From positions 434,001-498,000 of the forward strand of contig OZ025799.1 in NCBI GenBank assembly GCA_964019425.1: DNA of 64,000 bases, read 5' to 3'. Of this stretch, positions 1 to 9,800 are shown one piece after another (position 1 is the first letter of the stretch; each line of letters begins with the position of its first letter). Both the position numbers and the translations under genes were made by a program. Origin of the DNA: Flectonema sp. DT1601 (taxonomy: Eukaryota). The notes under the pieces are model-generated. The model was given only the letters and a program-made list of their open reading frames with translations, was not told the origin of the DNA and searched no databases.

Positions 1-413
1 TTAGGCATCTGATCTTCTTTATACCAAGCAATATCATAAGTAAATGGATTAAGAGCAACAGTAATAGCCCCTACATTGGTATAAACGTAATTGGATATAA
101 ATCTTTTTCTAAGAACATGAAGAAGTGTTGAATCATGAAGTACTGTCAAGTTCAGTAAATCATGAACATCTTCATCCAAAACTTCAGCATTCGTCACACA
201 ATAAACTTCTTCTGCTTTCAGTTTTTCGTACAATCTTCCTGTTTCCCATTTGGCAACTGGATTACTGTTTTCTTTTGCTTTGCATGTTGCTAGTTTTCCA
301 TCCCATGTTTGCACAGTTCCCTGAGTCCAACCGTGTTTTTCATCATCACCGTTGATGTAAAAAAGACACGGAGACCCTACGTCAGGTTCAAGAAATTCTT
401 CCTTCGGAGGCAT
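1..413 (-). CDS. Myosin heavy chain, 5' part (N-terminal SH3-like region and start of motor domain); continues beyond the left edge
   Basis: Not in the ORF track. Manual translation from the ATG at 413 gives MPPKEEFLEP...EDVHDLLNLTVLHDSTLLHVLRKRFISNYVYTNVGAITVALNPFTYDI, matching the myosin motor start motif (DL..L..L....LL..L..R.....YT..G...VALNPF). Confidence 0.9.
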   Translation of the reverse strand, partial: MPPKEEFLEPDVGSPCLFYINGDDEKHGWTQGTVQTWDGKLATCKAKENSNPVAKWETGRLYEKLKAEEVYCVTNAEVLDEDVHDLLNLTVLHDSTLLHVLRKRFISNYVYTNVGAITVALNPFTYDIAWYKEDQMP

Positions 414-2133
414 TCCTACATCGACATCTGTTCAGACTGTGATGAGAAACAATAAATAAAAATAATAAAGAGACGGTCACATCTTATTCAGAGTGAGAAG
501 ATTCCTTCAAAAAATATTTGATATTACTTTTTTGATTGCAAAAATCTCACTTGTCAAGCAGACCATAATAATAACAGTTATTTTATTTTCGTTTTTTCGT
601 TTTTTTTTTAAGTTCATTTTTATTTCTTTTTTTTCGAAACGAAGAATCCAATATATCCACAGCCTAGCAGCTGAACGTTTGACAAATTAATTGAAGGATG
701 AGACTAACTTGTTCAAAGCCGCTTTCTTAGAACTCCAAAAAATGTTAGTAAAAATGTACAAAACACAAAACAAACTCATAGTTAACAACCGTGGATAAAA
801 ATAAAATAAACAATCAAATCAATCAATGAATTGTTATGACAAAAACTGACATCGGATTTGGGTCGCAGATATGCAACACTAACAAACTGATGAAAGAAAA
901 AAATTCTTTTTTTGTCGGAGGACCCAATCAGTAGCGTTCCTAAGACTCCGTATGGAGGTTTTTTTTTTTTTTTTTTTTTTCGGACTTCGCCAGTACAAAA
1001 AAAAATATATAAGCAAGAATAAGAAGAAAGAAATGGGAAAGTTGCCAGTTGACAGTGTAGGAATATTTCCTGAACTCGGAAAGCCAAGGTGTGGCAGAGA
1101 GAGATCCCTCTTAATAGGTACAGGCAGCACCATAAGCAAGCACACAAATAGTTATGCTATTTTAACAAAAAAGAATAACTAGAACAAAATAATAATTGGG
1201 CAAAGAAACTTTGCATAGCTTTTTAGCTTTTTCTTAAAATAAGAAAGAAAAAAAAAGGAAAGGAATCGGACCACCCTTTTCTGTTTTTTTTTTTTTTTTT
1301 TCCCACCCCCCCTTTTTGTATGAGTACGAAATATTCACTTACAGTCACCGGAGATTAATTGGGCTAACAAACAATAAGTAAAGCAATATTTACACAAATC
1401 TACTAAAGAAAACAGCAAACCCACTTTTGTTGTCAAAAGTTGGTATCTGTCTATCCTATTCTACTTACAGTATTTTATTGTGACTGCATCACACTAGGAG
1501 GGAAGAAAAGAAGGGAGGGGTGAAAAAGAAATTGAAAAACCAACGGGTGCCATTGTGAGGTAACTTTAGAATATTATTTAGAAAACACTTTCTGATACAT
1601 CAGGGAAGTTTTTCCAAAAAAACAATAATAAAAAAAATAAAAAAAAAAAAAAAACAAGATCTGCATCAGCAAAGCTGAAAGAACAACAACTTATTTTTTG
1701 TAAAGACAGACAAATGAGAAGATAAAAACCCTAATTGGATCCATCCAATTCCATTAAAATAGTTTCCGAAATCGTCAACTCATCGCAAAAGAAAATCAGG
1801 CATCAGAACCACAAACAGAAAAAAGTCCAATGGACTAACTGTCGAATATTAAACACCCGTACACTAAGGTTTCCCTTTCCCTTTGAACTATGAGTCACTC
1901 AGAAGGAAAAGCCAGACTCCAGGAAAGGCTCACAGTCAGGTGACTTTTCTTCTTATTCTCTGAGTGGTTCAGGCGTGTTAATTACAAGTAACTTTCCACA
2001 ACAAAGTATTACATAAATTAATTTGACCACCAATCGCGCAATCACTGATCATCGGGTAAACTCTGTAGAGCTACGCATGCATATTTGGCTGTTAGAGCTC
2101 CGAAAGCTTTTTCTTTTTTTTTTTTTTTTTTTT

Positions 2134-2342
2134 GCATCGACGAAGTCGGAGAAGAAACATATTCAGATTAAGAGCCCCGTTTATTTAGTATGTCAAATGT
2201 TATCTATTTCCCCGTGCCGCTAGTGATACTGTGTGGGATCAATATAATATAAGGTTGTATTTGAATGGGGGTTTTTCTTTTTTTTTTTGCACCGACGAGG
2301 TCGGAGAAGAAACACATTCAGATTAAGAACCCGTTTACTTAT
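2134..2342. repeat. Two ~55-bp direct repeats (about 2134-2188 and 2289-2342), each next to a poly-T run; may be retroposon 3' ends on the minus strand
   Basis: GCA(T/C)CGACGA(A/G)GTCGGAGAAGAAACA(T/C)ATTCAGATTAAGA occurs twice. On the minus strand each copy ends in a CCGAC/GTCG hairpin followed by poly(A). Confidence 0.55.
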
Positions 2343-3239
2343 GATCTTCGAAATGTAATTTAATTTCATGTGCGCGCTCACGTTTTACTATCTGCGATCA
2401 ACAATTTATTTTAACCAAATTAATAAGAAAAGAAATAAAACTCTGATAAAGAAGAGAAGATAGAAGAAAACCCATAACAGGGTACCCCCCGATAGGGATG
2501 AGAGTTCCAGAATATAGTTTAGCCAAGAAAAGACTCACCGCTGAATGTTAAGTCAGTTAAAATACAAGTTTGAATAACAGTGCATTGTAATATAAAATAA
2601 AACTACAAATAACAACTTGTGGTGCCCAACAGTTTGTTCGTTTGTTTGTTTGCTATAATTTAGGATTTATCAACAAACTCACAAGCAAGAGATAGCAGGG
2701 GGACTGTAAGGGAGAGAGCAGGGACTTGCAGCAACAGAAAAAACACTACAAATATAGCATGGAGAAACAAAATTAAAAAAAAAAAAAAAAAAAGATTTAA
2801 TTATAAGAAAAACAGCTTTTAAAAAGACAAACTTCAACGGACACGCTAACAAAAAGAGAGGAGAGAAATATTTTTAACCTGTCCCCTTTGCCCAGGATAG
2901 TTGGTACCAGTACAGCACTCGGATTAATTAGCGAGGTTTTTTCCACACAAATAATACTTCTTTTGTAAAGAGATTCTTACCGCTGGCCTGTTGGTACTCA
3001 GAAATAATAGAGCGATTCTTAAAACTGTAACAGTTTTTTTTTTTTTTTTTGTTCTCGCACAATAATATTTTTTTTTTTTTTCAAAGTGCAATTTATGTTT
3101 GGTGCAGTTTGTTTTTTTAGATTTTGTTATGAAATAACGCACTGAATCAAAAAAAAAAAAAATAGATATAAAAATTAATATAAAAAACATTTTTAAAAAA
3201 AAGGTTCAGAAAAACACATTGTTCTGCTGTCCCGAAATA

Positions 3240-3301
3240 CGTAGCTTTATGAGCCTTGATCTTATACTACTTGTCTCCCTTAAGGCAAGTTGTGGGGACT
3301 T
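3240..3301 (-). pseudogene. Degenerate copy of the hammerhead-like RNA at 3734-3801 (CUGAUGA deleted)
   Basis: Minus strand reads AAGTCCCCACAACTT-GCCTTAAGGGAGACAAGTAGTATAAGATCAAGGCTCATAAAGCTAC. It keeps the GTAGTATAAG substrate strand and the stem II arms but has lost the catalytic heptamer. Confidence 0.6.
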
Positions 3302-3361
3302 AATTCCTTTTTTTTTTTTTTTTTTTTTTTTGATAACAAGTAGTAAACACCATGAGATATT

Positions 3362-3445
3362 AGCAGGGGGGTTAACTGTTTGATTTTGTACGTAAAATAC
3401 AAATGTTTTGTATCATAAAAAACATAACGAGCATAGATATTAGCA
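3362..3445. repeat. Dispersed ~80-bp repeat, also at about 31428-31505 and 31700-31775
   Basis: GGGGTTAACTGTT.GA.TTTGTACGTAAAATACAAATGT.TTGTATCATAAA.AACATAACGA is shared between the loci. Confidence 0.7.
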
Positions 3446-3517
3446 GGGGGGGGAATAATCAAAAAATCAAATAAATCGCAATGAAAACAAAATAATAGTT
3501 AAGAATTGGAATCATTT

Positions 3518-4070
3518 TAATTAGTTAGCGAGCCCGACATACTATCGAGTTACTGGTTAGATAGACACAACAGGGTGGAACGGTTAACCACCTGTGAGTC
3601 CTCAATACCATTTTAAAAAGTTAGTTAGTATCATTAATTTTAGAACAGAAAAGTGAGAATAAGAAAAGTAGAGATCAATAAAAGAAAAGTATTCATTTCT
3701 GCAGTTTCCTAACATCAAAGGGTAATAGAATATGTAGTTTCAGGCCTTAATCTTATACTACTTGTCCCTTTTTAGGCCTTCATCAGTAAGTTCTAAGGGA
3801 CTTCATTCTATGTTGAAGTTGCTATCGTTCAAAGATAAAAATCCATCGGAGCTCGCCAGGATAGGGCTAGCAATGTTTATTTGCTTTTGCTCAATTTGAA
3901 TTTTTGACGTCTGGTCGTTTCACTATTACAGTCGAGTTAATGGATGAGTCGTTAAAAAGTTAGTTAGTTAGTTAGTTAGTTAGCGAGTCCGACATACAAT
4001 CGAGTACCGGTTAGCTAGACACGACAGGGTGGAACGGTTAACCACCTGTGAGTCCCCAAATACTACGACA
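3518..4070 (-). repeat. Two copies (about 3518-3608 and 3955-4070) of a ~90-bp retroposon-like 3' end with a stem-loop and a (TAAC)n tail
   Basis: Minus strand reads GGACTCACAGGTGGTTAACCGTTCCACCCTGT...ATGTCGG(A/G)CTCGCTAACTAACT... The tail length differs between the copies. Confidence 0.6.
3734..3801 (-). ncRNA. Hammerhead ribozyme-like RNA with non-circularly permuted topology; predicted cleavage after GUA, between 3756 and 3755
   Basis: Minus strand: GTCCCTT-AGAA-CTTA-CTGATGA-AGGCCT-AAA-AAGGGAC-AA-GTAGT-A-TAAG-ATTA-AGGCCT-GAAA-CTAC. The core CUGAUGA/GAAA/GUA is complete. Stem I is CTTA:TAAG, stem II AGGCCT:AGGCCT, stem III ACTAC:GTAGT, with an extra helix GTCCCTT:AAGGGAC. Confidence 0.7.
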
Positions 4071-4863
4071 TTATGTCAAACCTAATCCCTGAGAGGATCA
4101 CTTTTTTAGCTCCAGCGAGGAATTCTAATGTTCGAGAGACCCGAATTCCTCAAAAAAAACCAAGAGAAGCAAGTAAGACGAACAAAAAAAAAAAAAAAAA
4201 AAAAAAAAAACAGGTTTTTAACTCAAATAAAAAGCTTTCAGATGCTACCCAGCGAATAGACCACGAAGCTCCTTTTGTAAACACCTAACCCAGATCAACA
4301 TTTTTTTTTTTTTTTAATATTCGATTTTAAAAAAAAAAAAAAAGAAATACAGAGATATATCCGCAATCCCCCCTGCGGGAGTACACAACGTGTTAGGCTC
4401 ATTAAAAGCCTTCCAGAATTATCCAATAGTTGGTTGCTCAGAAACTAAAACAGAATAACAAAGTCGTCAACCAAAATACTGATCTACTACCTACCTGTGA
4501 GAGAGACTCTTGTCAACTTCACATTTTTCTATCAAAAAAAAAAATTAAAAATATATGGGAAAAAGGCGACTTGGCGAGTTAAAAAAGGTTAGGGGAAAAT
4601 AATAGTAGCTGGAATCATACAAGAATAGAACAAAAAAAAAAAAAAAAAAAAAAAAAAATTACGATGGAGAGTCGCTTATTCTACGTAAAAAAGTGTTTTG
4701 AAAACGTTAGAACCATCTGCTTTAGCAAAACGGTTTATAACTGACACTATTACAGAATCAGAGACGTTTAAATTAATCATTTTTATAGGAAACACGACAA
4801 TCTGACAAAAAAAATAAACACTCCATCTGTTCATCGAGGTGAGAATGTATACGAGACTATTGG

Positions 4864-4895
<32 letters not shown>

Positions 4896-5540
4896 GTTGG
4901 GGGAAAGTTATTATTTAGCTCTTATCCAATGTACCCGTAAAAAATCAGGAAAGAACACTACGCACGTCAGATAGAAAAGCACCAATTGAAATGAAAGGAC
5001 AGCAAGCTGAGATACTACAAAGGAACTGGGAAAGTATGAGGACATAATCACAAAGGTTATTGGAAAGGGGGACGCAAAAAGGAAAAAAAAAAACTCGCCA
5101 ACCCAACCCGAAAGATGTTGTAACAGCAAATATTGAGTCGGAGGGTTATTGCCGTACTAAGCATGAAAATAAATATAAAAGTAAAAAAAAAAAAACAATA
5201 AGCTAGATAAATAAACGTATTGAGACGGGGTACATCATCCTCCCAACACAACGGAAATACTTGCAATCCTAAATGCGAGAGAGGTGCACCACGAACATGA
5301 CCCGATGGTTAGCAAGGAGCGGTCATCCATGCACCAAGAAAGTCATCTTTTGTTGTTATTTGTATTGTTGTTATTGTTATAACACAGACGATGTCGTCGT
5401 CTGCAAGTTAAACAGAACTCAGGCAGCGGTATATTCATTTACAACAAACGAAAGAAAATGATTAAATCAAACTACATCTACGAAACAGCTGATTTTCCAA
5501 AAGAGTAAACTCTACGGCTGCCACGCACTTTCTTTAACAG

Positions 5541-6683
5541 CTAGCTATCATTTGGTAGTGCTGCTCGTCCACAACGTTCTCTTCTTTCAGTCATAGATCT
5601 CGAGAATTGAGCGATATCAAACGATTCTATTGATGTACATCCTAACAAAAAGAACCTTCCGACTGATATAAGACTCGATAACGACGGTAAATTAATAGTA
5701 GCTGTGCATTCTCTTAAAAAACAATCACCAATACTAACAACGTGTGACAATCCAGAAAACTCGATGTCTGAAAGTGATTTGCATCCACTAAGGAATGAAT
5801 CTCCAATAGAAGTGAGTTGTGTAAACCCTGACAAGTCAATCGACGCTAGAGATGCACATCCATGTAAAAATTCATTTCCAATACAAGTAACGTTACACAA
5901 TCCTGATAAGTCTACACTCACAAGACTGCTACAACAATATAAAAATTGATTACTTAATCGCTTTACGTTTTTAAAAGATGATAAATTGAGAGATTGACAG
6001 GCAACTCGAGAAAGAAAAAAACTTCCAATCGTCTGGACCTGACCAAGCGGCTTTAAATCTAGGTCTCTGAGTGCAGTGCAGCTATCCATGAAAGAATCAC
6101 CTATATGTTTTACGTTATACAATGAAGATAGACTGAGCGTCTCTATGTGATTCGCACTATGTAGAAAATAATCAGAAATAACAACTACATTGTTATATCC
6201 AACTAAATCACATGTTGTTATTTGTTGAAATGCTAAAAAGCACCTTCCGAATGAACGTATCTCACAACAGTTGACGAATGATATCCTTTTTAGTGTTGTT
6301 GGGAGGTATTCCGTTCCGATTATAAGAGCATCTTCTTCATCCTTAAATGAGTGAGCATCCACAGTAAACACTCTATCACAATGAGTTGAGAATAAATTAT
6401 TTATTTCACCCGGTCTTCCTTCTTTTAGCCATTCATTTTTACAATAAATCGTTCTTTCCTTTTCAACAATCATCAGTTCACTGTCACCCTGAACCCCATG
6501 AGATAATACGTCACTTGTCTCTGGATGGAGTACGACTCCCTCATATGACACGTCAATCATGTCAGCAGTAATTAGCCACTCTGCTGCTACAGCTTTTAAT
6601 AAATCTTTAACTACACTATCAGGCTTTAGCTGCAGGACTATACCTGTAAAGCTGGTTCCTGGAAACTCAATGCTGACGTTCAT
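5541..6683 (-). CDS. Ubiquitin-like domain plus leucine-rich-repeat (BspA-like) protein, ~380 aa
   Basis: The likely start is MNVSIEF, after an A-run. A UBL-like N-terminus (VVKDLLKAVA...IDVSYEGVVL) is followed by ~24-aa repeats L..IDLSG...VT.IG..FL..C.SL. Confidence 0.8.
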   Translation of the reverse strand: MNVSIEFPGTSFTGIVLQLKPDSVVKDLLKAVAAEWLITADMIDVSYEGVVLHPETSDVLSHGVQGDSELMIVEKERTIYCKNEWLKEGRPGEINNLFSTHCDRVFTVDAHSFKDEEDALIIGTEYLPTTLKRISFVNCCEIRSFGRCFLAFQQITTCDLVGYNNVVVISDYFLHSANHIETLSLSSLYNVKHIGDSFMDSCTALRDLDLKPLGQVQTIGSFFLSRVACQSLNLSSFKNVKRLSNQFLYCCSSLVSVDLSGLCNVTCIGNEFLHGCASLASIDLSGFTQLTSIGDSFLSGCKSLSDIEFSGLSHVVSIGDCFLRECTATINLPSLSSLISVGRFFLLGCTSIESFDIAQFSRSMTERRERCGRAALPNDS

Positions 6684-6870
6684 ATTTTTTTTGATTTTTT
6701 TTTTTTCTTTTCCCCTTCTTTTTTTTGAATATAAATAATGACCACAAAAGAGTACTAACAAATGAAGAGAAGAATAAGCAATCGGAGAAAACAATTTCAA
6801 AAAAAAAATCAAGTCGGTAGGATACAATTCACTAACGTAACATAAAATTAACAGGTTCTTCTTTAAATAC

Positions 6871-9800
6871 CTATTCTCCCATTCCAGGTTTTGGAAGCGA
6901 TTTTAAGGTGTACGGTCGCTGACAAACTCGAGCAAGACGACGTTTCGTATTACCGGCTAGTAATCGAAAGGCGTGTCGAACTTTCTCGGCTGACGTGTTC
7001 CCAAAATCCTCTCGAAACACAAAGAAAACTGATGGAAGCCAAAGTGTATTGGTTTCTGGATCAACAATTAACTGCGTCCCCCACTGCAGAGATTTACTTA
7101 TGATATCTTTTAAGGCACTGTCCAACTGTTTTTTTTTATTACTTTCTGACGATCTCTTTCGATAAAACCCTTAAACAAATACAGTAAGGTTTAGATAGCA
7201 TACCGATACAGCATCCAGCACAATATCAATTGGTGGTTTTTGAACAGTTTTCCTTGAGGCTCCCAAAAGAACTTCGAAAAAGGAAAGTGGTCGAACTTTT
7301 AGATTTTCTTGAACAGCCTCATCACCAGAGCTGTCTGTCGAACTGTTTATTTATTTATTTATTTTTTTTCTGAAAAAAAAAAAAAAACTGAAAACAGTTT
7401 TGATAACTGAATACTACAACTACATACCCACAGTCAGCATTGTGTGGATCGACAGGTTGGTTTTGCTTAGTATTGGAAGCCACTCGTTTAACGGACTTGT
7501 TTCGGGAGAAATCTTTACCAGCTGAAGTAGCCTTTCGAGGTGTGGCAGTACTTGCAGGTAATTGAGAAGAAGGAGAGCTATCAACGTGCGATGAGTTTAC
7601 ACGGCTTCTATAAGATCCGTGCGAACCAGAGCCAGGACTGCTTGATCGAGATTCGTCATCTTCTACAACAAAGTTTGGCAAGTCATCCGAAGTAAGTCGC
7701 AGCAATGCAAAGTGAATGCGAACATCTAATTCTGTCACCGCTAATAACTTTCTCGGATCATCTGGTGCTAAAGGTCTGAATAATTTATGTGTTAAGATCC
7801 TACTATCGACATAATGACACGGACCTCTTCTATTGCCTCTCAAAATACCATTCTGAATGACATTTAACGACAATACATAACCACCAACATTATATGCGCT
7901 GGTACACAAATAGACATCCTGATGAACTGAAAATGCTCCACCGATAATGAACTGTGCGTGTATCTCCAATACGTTATATATGTTCACCCAGAAAGCAATT
8001 TTTTGATGGTCTGTCACTAAGTCAGAAACTTTTATAGCCTGAAGATCACATGCGAGATCTGTCAATGATTCGAATACAGACGATCGAATATATAAATGTA
8101 AAGCCTCGTTATCTGATCCATCTAGAAATGCTCGATACACACTCAAAGCTTTCTTCAAAAGTATTTTTGAAAACTCAACTGGAGTGCAGGCATGCAGCTT
8201 TGCATTTTTTGACACGTTCAAAACCCTAAGTTTTTCATCATTCATAAATCTATATATCCTAAAAGAGTCTTGAAATTTTGATACGGTCATGTGGGTGTTG
8301 CTCTGGACGACATGATGAAATATTCCACTTTGGAGGAGCAAGTTCAACAAATCGACAACCCGCTTTCTAGGACTCGGGTGATGTGTTATAAATTTCCTAT
8401 TCAACTGCAAACCTTCGATATTATCGAGAATAAAATCAATCGCCTGTCTGGCTAAAAATGTATTTTCAAAAACTTCAACTCGGATGTGAGAACTACTGTC
8501 AGCCTGAACATTTTTTAATTTATGAGGATTTCCAACATTACTACCTCGAACATGTCGGGTTCTGTCTTCTGTAACAAAACCAGCAGTCAAGGCTTCTACT
8601 AAAGATCTTAAATGTGATTCTAGTCCTGAATCTGATACTGGTACTTCCAGGTATGGTGTGAACGCCATTTGAATTTCTTTTAATATCGAACCAGAATCTT
8701 GCTCTGGAAAGTAAGTTCCATACTGGAGTGCATCTGCTTCAATAGCTGTCATTTCTTCTTGAACATTATGAGGCCTTGCTAGGTATCCCTCATATTGTAA
8801 AGATAGTTCACTTAAAGAGCGAACCTTCTCCTCGTTTGGATCAATCTGAAGTGTTTCCATTGCAGTGTATGATTCATACTTTGAAAGACTCCTTGGTTCA
8901 TGTTGTTTTAATTTCAACGCCTGATTTTGCAAATCAAGGAGTCTACCAGCATTGAATTGATCAGCACCACAGACTAGTGACTTCACGGTATAATTTGTTA
9001 ACCACGCCTCCTTAGCTTTCGCATCAATCTTTGCCGCGTAATGTTTTGACTGCTTTACTTCAGCTAAGAATGATTTCCATGGAGGAAATGACAACTCTTC
9101 GTAGGCTTGTTTTTCAAATTCAGTTCTTGCTGAACAGTATTCAGTGTATAATTGATAATTGTCTGCGGGGATGTCTTCGATTGTTTCTCCTCCGTAGTCC
9201 CTTCCTCCATTAAGAGAAAAGGGTCTTTGAGAAAAACTCCTAGCAGCGTTTACTATATCACCCTCAAGTCTTTTAATTGGTAACAGATAAGGTTCTCTTG
9301 AGCTGAACTTACCTTCGAGCTGTTGGCGTAGAATTTGAAGTTGATTTGAAGGCTCTGGTGCATCAGTTAAGTAACAAGTGTCTTCATCTGCCGTTAGTGT
9401 TGAGAGGTGAATATGTTCAAGAGATGATAAAAACTCATTCGGGTATCGAGATTGAAGAGCGTCGTCTCCTCCTCGAACAATCTCCTTTCTTTGATTTGAA
9501 AATTGAAGCATCGATTCAATTCCGTGATACTGAGTATTCTGTTGAGGACTCGGTGATAATAATTTCCAACTTTTCTGAAACCGAACACTGTCACCCCAGG
9601 ACCCTACATGACTTAGAGTTGGTGATGACGTGTCTATGTTTGAACCGACTTCGAATATGTCCTTCTCTATTGCATCAGGCGGTTGTCTTGGTAATTTAAT
9701 TCCTGATGAAATCTTTTTAATGAAAGTATTATTCGGCGACATCATTAATAAACTTTGATTCGATTTCATCACAGACAATTCCAAATGAGTTAACCTCCTA

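Noticed and set aside
2045..2106. Second hammerhead candidate (CTGATCA...CCGAAAG)
   Set aside because: The core deviates from CUGANGA and stems I-III cannot be built.
493..5461. Many 60-120-aa ORFs rich in poly-K/poly-F (also in other intergenic and repeat regions)
   Set aside because: They are translations of A/T homopolymers with no domain signal.
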